DNA of 64,000 nt, from positions 1 through 64,000 of the forward strand of contig JAQGDQ010000927.1 of the NCBI GenBank assembly GCA_030141605.1. Reading direction: 5' to 3'. This DNA is from Tubiluchus corallicola. Lineage: Eukaryota > Animalia > Priapulida. A model generated the notes under the pieces. That model was not told where the DNA came from. It saw nothing but the letters and a program-made list of their open reading frames with translations, and did no database searches. Positions 25,882 to 39,029 of the stretch are shown here, one piece after another; within the stretch, counting starts at the first letter, position 1, and the number at the start of each line of letters is the position of its first letter. A program made the position numbers and the translations under genes.

Positions 25882-25885
25882 AGTA
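25505..25885. repeat. Compound (AAT)n/(AGT)n microsatellite
   Basis: Direct reading. Confidence 0.97.
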
Positions 25886-26211
25886 CTAGAAACTTTTCTG
25901 TTACGAAAAACGCTCTTCAATCTCTCAACCTTTATTGTTAGTGAAACACGTTTTTAAAATAAGCATACAGAACGCAACACATTTACGCCAGAGCGTAAAA
26001 AAGCACCGTTATAAATGTCATTATTGACTTAAGCTTCGATCAAATTTGACATGCATTACGGCTGAGTTAATGTTAAATTAAAAACATCATGGATTGCATG
26101 ATATATGTGGATAACATTGCAAGAAAATTTGAAGTCTTTAATAAGCTTTCCTGAGAGGATTCGAGACTTTTAAAATAAAATTTAGTTTTTTGCCATTAAT
26201 TGCATCATCAA

Positions 26212-26243
<32 letters not shown>

Positions 26244-26394
26244 TCATCACCAATTTCTTTTTTCTTTGATATTTTCTATTTTCCTTCGTGGTTTTAACGC
26301 TCCAGCTTTTCAGCTTTAGAACACTTAATCGCTTAATTTTCATAATTTCAGAATTAATTAACCTGCTAATCAACTAATCAAGTTAAACGGCTCA

Positions 26395-26799
26395 AGTTTA
26401 CAATTCCCCACGCGCAAGAAATTAGTTCGTGAAGTGCATTACGATTAGGGTTGGGATTAAGATTAAGGTTAGGGTTAGTTTGGGGGGTGGGGTTAGGGTT
26501 AGGTTGGGTTGGATTAGGGTTAGGATTAAGATTAAGGCTAGGTTAATTTGGGGTGGGGTTAGCATTAGGTTGGGTTGGATTAGGGTTAGGATTAAGATTA
26601 AGGCTAGGGTTAGTTTGGGGTGGGGTTAGGGTTAGGTTGGGATTAAGATTAAGGCTAGGGTTAGGGTTAGGTTGGGATTAAGATTAAGGTTAGGGTTAGT
26701 TTGGGGTGGGGTTAGGGTTAGGTTGGATTGGGTTGGATTAGGGTTAGGTTAGAGTTTGGCTACGGTTAGCTAGGGTTAGGGTTAGGGGAATTGTAAACT
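26395..26799. mobile_element. TIR-bounded element filled with degenerate TTAGGG repeats
   Basis: Perfect 15-bp inverted repeat agtttacaattcccc / ggggaattgtaaact around ttaggg/ttggg/ttaagg repeats. Confidence 0.75.
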
Positions 26800-27426
26800 C
26801 CTTCCAGTGAAATAATTTGAAATGAATCAAAAATTATGAAATCTTCTAAGCGGAAGGTCCCTGGTTCGAAGCGAGGCGCAATTATATCTCTTTCACATTT
26901 CCGGTTTTCAATTCAGAGAAGTTTCGGTTTCAGATTTTAACAATTTACTTTATCACGATTGGCTTCATCATCACTTTTGAAATTCATTAAATCTCGTGTT
27001 TACAAACGCTTTTAGTAGTTTACTGTACATGCATGAATTCAAAAAACATTTCACCAAGTTTGACGTGAATAAACGAGTTCTTTCATGTTCCATCACAGTT
27101 TGGCTGCTGCTGACCTACATTGCATTTCATACACATGGTGACCACACATGAGATCATTAGAATGTTTATATATGACGTTCCAAAAATAACTTTTTTGTTC
27201 TTCTGAGAGGCAGAGCAACAACCTTCTGCTCTGCCAAGAATAAAACATTTTGTAAGCAAACTTTAAGAACAGCAGGTTAAGACTGTGGATGAAACGTAAG
27301 CAAAAAATCTTCAAGTAGACAGAAAAAACGTAATACGATAACGTAACTTATATAAGATGTAAGACATCGTCATAATACGACAGCCTCGGTTTTGAATTTT
27401 CGGTTTCTTGAAGCGAAAAGCAGTAT

Positions 27427-27525
27427 TGCCGAGGTGGCCAAGCCAAGTGGTGACGGTGCATGCTTAGCAATCGAAGTTAGGCAGTTCTGGGGTTGGTCAT
27501 TGCATAGATTGGCGACTGCTTGATT
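27427..27525 (+). mobile_element. SINE-like relic (tRNA A-box-like head plus 5S-like segment)
   Basis: agtggtgacggtgcatgcttagcaatcgaagttaggc aligns to agtggtcacgataggaagcttagcaaccaaagttatgc at 14050. Confidence 0.5.
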
Positions 27526-29219
27526 CAGTACCCACTTTAGGGAATTTTCATTTGTTACACAGATTCTAGCTGTTGGGCCATGTAAGGTAGTTTTCATTTT
27601 CGAACGTAGTTCTGCAGTATCTCATGATAGAGATATAATCTTCTTACTGGACAAGGGGTACAACCACACAACCAGAATGAAATATACTAGCATACAGGCT
27701 GTTCTGGACTTTGCATAATGAATATGTAATCGAAGATTACACAGTTAATGATATTAATGAAATGTTGTATTCACTACTGACAACATAATGTATGTACCAG
27801 TGTAAATAACACTACTTACCCTATTATATTTGCAATTATAATGCACTCATTAAGTGTGAATGAAGATAATACAAGTATATTCCGTATTACTGTGTTTTTA
27901 GTGTCCATCTAACCTGATCATAGTGCAGTCACAGTTCTTGGCCAATAAATTACTTATAATAATGTAGATTTGCTAAATTTACGGTCATTTTTCAAATCTG
28001 GATCAATTTGGTGTGTGAATTTGTAACAGGGGCGTTAAATATGTATGATAATAGTGCCTGTGTTCTCATAATTATCATTTTATAATAATTAATAATGCTG
28101 TAATAATTTATAAACCTGAATATAACATCCGGTATATAAGTGAAATTTTGTGGAAAATGTTTTTACATTTCGAATGTTATTTTCTATGGACTGATTCTGC
28201 TGTAACCGGCTCTCTGATCGTATGTTTATACCAGTCAATAAATTAATCTATCTTTCTGTCACGTAAACGTAGACACAGGCACGTAGTGTACGATTCCACC
28301 TTACTGCAAAAAATAAAGTCTATTGACTATTAATGACTTTTTAAAAATAATATTACTTTCAATAGACAACGTTGATGTATATTTTAGTTTAGTTGGCAGT
28401 AAGTTTAATTACGAATTTCTCTGACTCGTGGTGATTAGTTGTATAAGCAACCGCACATACACGCAAGGAATTATTATTATTAATATATGAGGTGCCGTAA
28501 TAGCCATTGATCAAGTTAATAATATAGAACACCTGTGGGATAGCAGGGAATGCTTTACAATGGCTGTTGTACGCAGTGAAATATACAGTAATATAAACAG
28601 TATATCAGTACGTATTTCACTAATAATTGTATATCTTCCAAACTATTCTTCCACCCAAACAGTTTAACTTCCAAATTATGCATCTGATACTAATTACACA
28701 GACTCAACTTTCATCTACACCCGCCCCTGATCTACATAAAATGATTAAGAATATAAAATTTATGTGATGTAATGCGTGTTGTGTTAATTATGTCATGTCA
28801 AATGCATATAGAGTATAAATGTCATGTGAAATTTAATGTACTTTTGTAATATGTTTTGTAAAAATGTTTTAATATCGTTTTTGTAAATATCTCCATTTAT
28901 TGTATGTAATTAGACCTTAGTTTTGCACTTTAGTATTTTTAGTATGCACTGGACGCATTTGTCTTGAACAGTGTTGGTATTTTAACATTACGCTGAGGCT
29001 TACTCAATTTTATTATATTGAGTGAACAATTTTTATGACAAATGAAAAATTAATATATACATAAAGTGCCGTGTTAAAGGATAACGGCTCAGTGTCCACA
29101 ATAGATGTTTAGAGCAACAGAAGAAGAAGAAGAATTTACTGCAGAATAAATAAATAAATAAATATATATATATATAACTTCGAACGAGCAGTAAATTCTT
29201 CTTATATATCTTCGAACGA

Positions 29220-29845
29220 GCAGTAAGTTCTTCTTCTTCTGTTGCTCTAAACATCTATTGTGGACACTGAGCACTCCACCGTTAAATCTACCATGTCCCC
29301 AGCTAAAAATGCTCAACTTCTGTGACGCCATTGTTAAGTTTGGTTCCAGCTGTTATAAATCTGTATTAATTCCTGATATGAAAGTTGTTTTTTCTTTACC
29401 AGGAGGTTGTTTGGCAGGTTTCTGTGCCTCGTTTAATGCTAATCTTTCTGGTGTTGTTTCTGGCAATCTCATTAAATATCCTACCTGTATTAGCCATCTG
29501 ATTCAGATTTTAGTGCTCCAGTGTTCTTCTTTGGTTCTGTTATGCAGCTGTTCGTTTGAAATTATATACAGAAATTTTATTTTTAAGATTTTTCTGGGTA
29601 AGCCTCTTTGAAATACGTTTATCTCTGTGTCCTGTGCTGCAGTGATAGCTCACATTTCACTGCTGTACATGAAGATACTAGTTACATATGCACTGAAGAG
29701 TCATAGCCTTGTTTTGAGGGATAATTTCTTACTGGTTAGAAATTAGAATTGATTTATTTTGGATTAAAAGCGTATGTTGGCCGTTGTTTCCTATATTTGA
29801 TGTAATCTTCTGCGTTAAGTAGCGATCCCATGTATTTGTAAATGT
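29220..29845 (-). mobile_element. 5'-truncated degenerate RTE-like non-LTR retrotransposon
   Basis: Minus translation YKYMGS...KLSLKTRL*LFSAYVTSIFMYSSEM*...FQRGLPRKILKI...ISNEQL...MRLPETTPERLAL resembles the RTE-type ORF C-terminus. (GAA)n 3' tail. Confidence 0.8.
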
Positions 29846-30746
29846 TAGAAAATAATTACAAAATTTTGCTGGCATTACGACGCATTAATGCTGATACGTA
29901 ATCGAATGAAATGCGCCAAATGGCAAATTGCGCGGAGCTCTAGTTGCCGCTGCTTAATGTCAAGCGCGAGTTTAGCAATGGCGGATGTGGGTTCGTGATA
30001 TTTACCCGTGTGACTTACGCCGTCTCATGACAGAGTGAGTATAATTATGTAAGCCGCTAGCAGGCTCCATAGGCTTTTTCCGTGGCTGAATATTACACGT
30101 GTAGTTGTACCAGCATTTATGCATGTAGTACTGTCTCTCTCTCCGCTGCAGGTTTCTACCAGCATTTCCAGTATAAATGCAATCAATAGACGCGCATGTC
30201 CTGCTATGATTTTAATTTATACACGGCAAATAAAACCATAAAGCGAGTTAGCAACGTAGAGATCACAATTATTATGCTAGGCTTCCATACTGCTTAGTTC
30301 ACCTAATATATTTCTCTTTATGACGCACGCTACAGCTGTAAATAGGGCATGATAAAATATTTGTATGCGGCGCGACATTCCAAGTTGAAAGTACTTACTA
30401 ATAATTATTGTCGCCATCATCATCATCACCATTTTCGCTACCGTCACCACCACTACCTTGGCGCCATCATTTCTATGGCTGACACCAGTGTCCCACCATG
30501 CTTATCGTAGTCATTAGCATCAACACTGTCACCACCATTTTCGCTTCACATCATCATCATCATCATTGTCATCATCAGCATTGTGCTCATCGTCAGAATC
30601 AGCAAGTCGCAGTTTACTTCAGAACCAAATGCTACAAATTAACAGACTAAAATTGTGTTGTTGCTGCAGCTGCTGGTGATGTTGAGATGCTAAATCTTAA
30701 TTATAGTAGCTAGAGGTCTGTTTTGGGCTTACTTCTTCTAAGGCGT

Positions 30747-31296
30747 TTAAAGGAGAGGTCAAGCCTTCTAGGAGGTTGGGCTTATATCAATGTTCACGAA
30801 AAATGTTAGAAGGATTTAGTCATAAAACTGCAATAACCGCCTCGTGTAACTAGCAAAATCACTTTAAAGTCGCGATCACTTCATGTTTGGGCACTCCCAT
30901 TTTCAACGCCCTTTCTTCCTCCGATGACGTCATTCGTTTTGAAGAAAAGTAGCGCACAACAAGCATAACAAGTTTTTATAAAAACGTTACATGTTTAATT
31001 TTGTAATATTTTTGCGTGAACATTAGGTAAGCTGCAGAAGTTTGAATTAGTTTAAGCAACGCGCGCTTACGGAAAGCCACGATCGCTTGCGAAAAATCAC
31101 GAAGCCTTCCAGTTATGTCATGATTTTCAAGTGAATGGCGGCAACAACAACGCCTGAAAATTTCTATTCAGAGGTAGTTCATATTAAATTTGTGCTTTAT
31201 AGGCAGTTCTTTAGAAATTTCTTTGTTATATTTTTCTAAGTTTAAGTGATAACAGTAAAAAATCTAACATAGTGAGTGACTTGTTCTTTCCTTTAA
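30747..31296 (+). mobile_element. Kolobok-like MITE family B
   Basis: TTAA|AGGAGAGGTCA ... ttgttctttCCT|TTAA. Inverted copy at about 52840-53396. Confidence 0.8.
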
Positions 31297-31819
31297 ATCA
31301 CATACTGTAGGCCTATAGAGAACCTGCGGATTTCATATAGAATATTTGTGAACCACAGTTTCAATACTATGTGTGATTTTTGTTTATTGATGCAGAGTGA
31401 TACCTCAGATTCTTCATTCGTATCTTTCCAACATTAGCAACACTGATGAGCAAGGAACGGAGACGGCAAAATATTGTATTGTCACTTTTGAAACGGGTCT
31501 GATCAGAGTCTCAAGTATTCAGTGTCTGAGATACAGCGTTCCGCACGCCTATGAGAACATCTGTCTGTGTTTCTATACAAATTAATCACCACAGAAACAA
31601 CGTCAATGGACAACGGGGTGAAGGGGGGAGGGCAGGGGTCAAGTTACGAGAGGTAGCAATGAGAGGTGCAATGTAGTAACTAACTTCGATTTGTGCGTGT
31701 TTGTGTGTAAGTTAGGGACAATACCCAACTGCCTATGTGTGCATGGTAATTAGTGTGTATGCGTGCGTTCTAAATTCCATTATTGTGAGTATACACGTTC
31801 GAATGGTCGACAGATGTTT

Positions 31820-33157
31820 TGTGATACATGTTGCAAATTCACGAATTGTCTTACGCATTACATACTGTGATACATGTCACAAATTCACGAATTGTCTTAC
31901 GCATTACATACTGCGATACATGTCGCAAATTCACGAATAATCTTACGCATTACATACTGTGATACATTTTGCAAATTCACGAATAATCTCACACATTACA
32001 TACTGTGATACATGTCGCAAATTCACGAATAATCTTACGCATTACATACTGTGATACATGTCACAAATTCACGAATTGTCTTACGCATTACATACTGTGA
32101 TAAATGTCGCAAATTCACGAACAATCTTACGCATTACATACTGTGATACATTTTGCAAATTCACGAATAATCTCACACATTACATACTGTGATACATGTC
32201 GCAAATTCACGAATAATCTTACGCATTACATACTGTGATACATGTCGCAAATTCACGAATTGTCTTACGCATTACATACTGTGATACATGTCACAAATTC
32301 ACGAATAATCTTACGCATTACATACTGTGATACATTTTGCAAATTCACGAATAATCTCACACATTACATACTGTGATACATGTCGCAAATTCACGAATAA
32401 TCTTACGCATTACATACTGTGATACATGTCACAAATTCACGAATTGTCTTACGCATTACATACTGTGATAAATGTTGCAAATTCACGAACAATCTTACGC
32501 ATTACATACTGTGATACATTTTGCAAATTCACGAATAATCTCACACATTACATACTGTGATACATGTCGCAAATTCACGAATAATCTTACGCATTACATA
32601 CTGTGATACATGTCACAAATTCACGAATTGTCTTACGCATTACATACTGTGATAAATGTTGCAAATTCACGAACAATCTTACGCATTACATACTGTGATA
32701 CATTTTGCAAATTCACGAATAATCTCACACATTACATACTGTGATACATGTCGCAAATTCACGAATAATCTTACGCATTACATACTGTGATACATGTCAC
32801 AAATTCACGAATTGTCTTACGCATTACATACTGTGATAAATGTTGCAAATTCACGAACAATCTTACGCATTACATACTGTGATACATTTTGCAAATTCAC
32901 GAATAATCTTAGGCATTACATACTGTGATACATGTCGCAAATTCACGAATAATCTTACGCATTACATACTGTGATACATGTCGCAAATTCACGAATAATC
33001 TTACGCATTACATACTGTGATACATGTCGCAAATTCACGAATAATCTTACGCATTACATACTGTGATACATGTTGCAAATTCACGAGTAATCTTACGCAT
33101 TACATACTGTGATAAATGTTGCAAATTCACGAACAATCTTACGCATTACATACTGTT
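31820..33157. repeat. 46-bp minisatellite, about 29 copies, with 184-bp higher-order period
   Basis: Unit tgtgatacatgtcgcaaattcacgaataatcttacgcattacatac. Confidence 0.97.
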
Positions 33158-35009
33158 AGTGCATAAAATATTATAGTGCAAATTAATGTTGATTTATCTA
33201 AACTTGCATGTGAAAGACACGACCCACTAGTTATCCTGTTTATAAACTATTAATGATCTGACTCAATATGCCTGTCTGTTTGGCTTGAGTGATGTGCAAT
33301 ATAATCATGTGAGTTCATCATTAATAATTAATAATGCAATACATACAACCATCTATATTTTATGAAAATAAATTAATTTTCTTGTGTAAAGATGTGACCC
33401 CACCTCCATTTCAGATTATATTTTTCTAATTTTCTTCATTAACAAATTTCTTAATATTTTCATAATAATTCTAATAATAATAATAATAATTATAATTATT
33501 ATTGTTATTATTATTATTACTTTTTCTCAAACAGAATAATTAAAATCTGGAATCAACTCCCTGAGTTTGTCGGTGGTGCCCCCTTCGTCTGTGGCCAGAG
33601 TAGCAGAGTTTTAAAAAAACGTTCAAAAGATGAAAATCTTAATAATCATTTATCTTTTGATAGGCACTTGTAAGTAAGCGTGGCTCTTTGTGCTTTTAAC
33701 CGTAATTTTTTAACTAACCGTTTTTATCTGTAAAATTTATGTCTGTGCTGTATATACGTTTCATCCTGGATATATTTTACGCTTGCTTGTAAATATTTTT
33801 AATATTTTTTAATAAAGATTACGTATTAAACTAAACTAAGCTAATTACAAGACCCGGTTTGCATTCATGCCATTTGTGTGTTCAAAGCCCTTTATCAGCG
33901 TTACCAATTTACTTACAATTACAATCGTAAATTCACCTTCTTAATTGTTAGTGCATTTTTATGCCTGGTTTATCAATACGCAACCGAACTACTTATTAGC
34001 ATTGCCATGCACCCGGCGTCTTTGTTTACCTTGTTATTGATGGTTATGAGAGCAATCAAGAGAACTCGGCTATAATCGACCTCGCGGCTAATTGCCAATC
34101 GTCAAACAACAATTCTTCTGGTTCGCTTGTAAGTATCATCGTAGTAACCATCATTAGCTGTATTAGTTACAATACCGGGCGTACTAGACTAGCCAGCAAG
34201 ACTAGTATTAAACAACAAAGCGTGCGCACTACACGTAAAAAAACTTGGTCTGCAAAACCGACAAACTCTCGTGGATGACGTCATCGCTGATCGGTGGTGC
34301 AATCTTGCGCTTTCGTTCTTAATTTATTCTTTCGATTGACGGATACACGTGGATACGACATACATGCTTTTATAAAAGTTTAATGCATCATTAAGAGCTA
34401 AAGAAATCTTGCTAGTTAAATTCCATAATTATGTGTTATTGTGTTTATACAAGTTTATTAATACTTAAAATCGACAATTTTGGTAATTCAGCTGCAGATT
34501 TGTGGAATGGCACTAGGTCACAGTAAAAATTACAAGATACTGTGTGCATACTGTGTGAGGAGCATACTGTACAAAAACATTGAGCACCTCAGGCGGTTTA
34601 TGGCGGGGAAATCTCCTGAGGGAAGTCAAGTTTTAACCTTTAATGCAACATTAAATAGACTCGGCCTTTTAGGAAAATGATTCCTATCGTAGGGAGGATA
34701 CGAGCAACACAAACTATCAAGCAGGTCCGGCTCTAGCTAGCTTGACGCCCTAGGCAAACGTATTTTAGCGCCTCCTCCTCGTTGGTCAACCCTTTCCTCC
34801 TTAACCCCGCCCCCAATATTGAATTTTCCTTGTATAGTATTATGATAAGTTGTAGTGGTACCGTATTATACAGTGTGTAATGTATTATAATGCACTAATT
34901 TAGTGTAGTCAATTACCTATCTACAGCTTGTGTTGATTGAATTTGAAGTTGAATTTATGATTTTATTGCATTCTGTGTGACTCGCCAGCTTTTTTGCCGT
35001 TCGTTTCCT

Positions 35010-35426
35010 GTTTAAGTGATAACAGTAAAATAAATCCAACATGCTGAGTGATTTGTTCTTTCCTTTAGCACACCACAAACAGTTTAAGTGATAACAGTAA
35101 AATAAACCCAACATACTGAGTGACTTGTTCTTTCCTCTAGCACACCACAAACAGTTTAAGTGATAACAGTAAAATAAACCCAACATACTGAGTGACTTGT
35201 TCTTTCCTCTAGCACACCACAAACAGTTTAAGTGATAACAGTAAAATAAACCCAACATACTGAGAGACTCATTCTTTCCTCTAGCACACCACAAACAGTT
35301 TAAGTGATAACAGTAAAATAAACCCAACATACTGAGAGACTTGTTCTTTCCTTTAGCACACCACAAACAGTTTAAGTGATAGCAGCAATAAACCCACCAT
35401 ACAGAATGACTTGTTCTTTCCTTTAA
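35010..35426. repeat. 72-bp minisatellite, 6 copies, derived from family-B terminus
   Basis: Unit gtttaagtgataacagtaaaataaacccaacatactgagtgacttgttctttcct(c/t)tagcacaccacaaaca. Confidence 0.95.
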
Positions 35427-36289
35427 AGAAGTATGAGAAATTCCTGCAGCAGCAGAGACACAAATTCCCAACACAATTCTCCCTTCTGTGAAAAAGCACA
35501 CATGCGTGTTGTGTTTAACATTTGTCTGTATGTGTGTTTACAACATGACACTGTTATCATGTCGTACAGAATAACAAAAAATTATTGATTAATTGGTTGT
35601 TATGGCGCTTGCTATTGTAGCGTCTTCCTCTATCGACAAGTGAACAGTGTTGTTTACGTCATACCGTTTATATGAATATCCTCTTTAGGAATAGGAAGAC
35701 CTTCACTGTGACCTTGACCCTGGCTTTTTAATAACCAAGACCTTCCACTGTGCCAGGTTTTGTATTTATGACTTCATCCGTTTTGCTTTGTTGGTATAAC
35801 CTTTGACCTTTCGGACTTGCACAGAGCCATCACTTTTCAAAGTTTAGTGATGATAGTATCATCCTTTTTTATCTTATTCTACAGTCATACTGACGTTGAC
35901 GCCCCACCCTCTCAAGCAGCAGGTGTGCAACGTATATTTAAATGTCACGCCTGCGCAGAAAAAAATTGCTAAATTCGCGCAAAAAGTGAAGCAACAATGG
36001 GCGCCATGTTGTACAGTACATAATTGCTTTCGACTGTGTGGCAAAAATAACTGCTAGACGACACATTTTTGACGCATCGCTTGTCATGCAGGCTAACAGT
36101 CCGTCTCTGCGCATGCGTGGCATTTAAATCGTCGCTGTGTAATGACTTTTGTCCCGGCTGATGCATGCTGGGATCGTGGATCTTCGACGTCATAGCACGT
36201 AACAGCGGTGCTATGTTCAGTCATAACGTGATTTTTGAGATGTTTAATGTGCCTTAAAAATTCACAAATTTTTCCAGACTTGTGAAATT

Positions 36290-36411
36290 CAGGGCCTATT
36301 TCAAGGGGGGTAAGTGGGGATACTTCCCCGGGGCCTCACCCTCCAGGGGGGCCTCGCGTGAAGATAATATTTTTTGTTTATGCGAAAAACCTCCTACTAC
36401 CTCCTCTCTCC

Positions 36412-36457
<46 letters not shown>

Positions 36458-36469
36458 CATCTCTCTCTT

Positions 36470-36530
<61 letters not shown>

Positions 36531-36682
36531 TTTTTTCTTCCGCACGGCCGTTTGCCAGTATTGACAAGTATTAAGGACTGGTCTTAGAATGTTTTTTTTT
36601 TGTTTTTTTTTTTTTTGTTTGGGTTTGGTTTTTTTGGGTGGGTTTGGGGTGTTAGGCCTCGCCTAGGTTGAAATAGGCCCTG
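36290..36682. mobile_element. hAT-like MITE containing a (CT)n tract
   Basis: 15-bp TIR CAGGGCCTATTTCAA/TTGAAATAGGCCCTG. TSD GTGAAATT/GTGAAATC. Confidence 0.88.
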
Positions 36683-36984
36683 GTGAAATCCCTTTATCAG
36701 AAGTAACGTTGATACGTACAAATAAGTTCACGTGGTATATCCCAAACTTGGTAGTCCAATTTCAATGTTTCAACAATAGGTTTATGTGTATGTGTTCAAT
36801 TTGGGTGATCCTGTTTATTGATTGTAGCTCAAATGTAATAACGGCATCAAGCTTGGAGCTAATGGCATGGCTACTTGACTCTCAATAAGCTTGTATTGGA
36901 AATGTGTCGAAACTGAATTCGTCTCAGAAATAATCCAGTTGTGTGGGATGCAATGTTTGCTGCTTATTGGACAGAGCTGCTTAT

Positions 36985-37647
36985 ATATCATATACTATCC
37001 CATTTTCAAATCTGATAAAAAGCTTACATTTTGGCCCAATTAATACTGCAAAAGCGTTTCTGATAATTAAGCAATAGATTAAACACTTAATTAATGGCCA
37101 GCTAGCACAACTATTGATGACATCACAAATTAACGTAATTTTCAACGTCAGAAATATTCCACCAGTGTGTTTCTCGTGTTTGGGAAAGTGAAAATTGCAG
37201 TGCAGTAATACTGTAAGATATTCAGTGTGTTGTACTAAAACTAGGCAAGTTTTAAGATAAAAATTCAAATTTCAAATTTACTGCTGTGCTCACACATGAG
37301 CTGTCGAAAGTGTGTAGTTCATCACAAACTAACACATCTGAGCTGAAAGGTACCGCCTCTGTTTTTTATATAATGCATTTGCGAAAGGCAGGCACTAGCA
37401 AGTGTATAACTAGTGAATGGTGAAATGTATGTAACAGCAAAGAACTAGTGGCGCGAACATGAGATTGTATTTGTGTGGTAATAATTCTTTCACGTAAGTC
37501 ATTTTTGAAAAAATAGTACGTTTCCTTTCAATATTTTAAAGAGTAGATTGTTTTGACCTACAGTTCAAGATTGGGTGCTTTAAAGCACGAAAAATAGCCG
37601 GAGACTAAATGGAACCACCCACATGCAAGTTTCCCAGTTATTTGCTA
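36985..37647 (+). mobile_element. Kolobok-like family A copy with the same 3' extension as the 5107 copy
   Basis: High similarity to 5140-5836, including aagcacgaaaaatagccggaga...cccagttatttgcta. Confidence 0.85.
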
Positions 37648-37891
37648 ACAAGGCTTAGTGCGGCTTAACTATCGTTGTCAAGTGCACACACCGTGATCAC
37701 TCAGCTGTTTTCTCTTGCCACGTTTCTTATTATTATGTTTTGATTTCTGCGCTTAACGCAAATTAGTATAACTAGTTAAACTAACTAAAAGATTTTCTTG
37801 ATAACTTTTTTATCAGAGCTGCAACAATATCTGTTTTTGCTGACTGCTTCTATGTTGAAGCAAATTACTTGTGTTTATTTAGCAAACTGTC

Positions 37892-38062
<171 letters not shown>

Positions 38063-39029
38063 AATTGTATTACCATTATCTGCTTACCTAAAACTGATAT
38101 CAGTTATCTAAGTTGTTTATTCCTGTTACGTTAGTGACGAAATAAAATTATCTAACAAAATATTAGCAGAAATTAATTACAATCAAATTATCCCGACAAG
38201 TTAACATATAATTAACATCCTGATGCTGTAAAACACTTACCAAATTCTCCTTTTTAATGTGATTTACGAATTTACTTTCAAACAACAGATTGTTGGGGTT
38301 TACCTCAAAACATTTATTATTTTGTGCATTATCTTATTGTGCAGTATATTATTTCTGCATAACCAATATTTAACAGAAAATCATTAAAATTGTCGTGACT
38401 TGTTGGAAGTGTGCCGGTTCAAACTTCGGTTGCCTCCATTTCTGTTACCTTTTGAACTGTCAACGAAGCTGTAAAGTTATTAATTATCATTCATTAAAAT
38501 AAATGACAATAATCAGTAGGAATCAATTGTCTGAATATCAGTAATTAAAGTATTGATTTATGAGATCGATAGCTGTGAAAAAAACAAAGAAGGTTAAATA
38601 ATATCGTGGCGTTATATTCACAATTCACCGAACTACATTCGTAAATATTAGCCATTTTTATGTACTGAATGGCTGCAATTTTTTAGAAAAGTTTTTTTTT
38701 CAAAATCGATTTTATTATAACAGCAATTCATTCAAACTTACGATGGGTAATAACACGCAATAATAGGGGAAATTTTAGCTGCGTGTAAGCTGCTTAAGTC
38801 AGCTTAAGTTCTCGCCAAAGCTGAAATAATTTTTATCGTTCCGCACTTGGCATTATTATCATTTGCGTGTAGCGTCACACCACCGTGCAAGCACTTTGTC
38901 TGATCAATACGCGAGCTTTAACACATAATTGTCACATAGCTTGGCGCTGCTGACGATTAAATCCCAGTGTGTGTCTATACCTGGTTCTATAAATGATGCA
39001 AGCTTCCATAATGATCGTTTACTAGTAAT

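Noticed and set aside
25438-25957. Poly-Ile/Thr/Val ORFs (also 37798, 45886, 57629, 58139, 58757)
   Set aside because: Microsatellite read-through.
34917-35501. 194-aa Cys-rich repeat ORF
   Set aside because: Produced by the 72-bp transposon-end array, whose unit length is divisible by 3.
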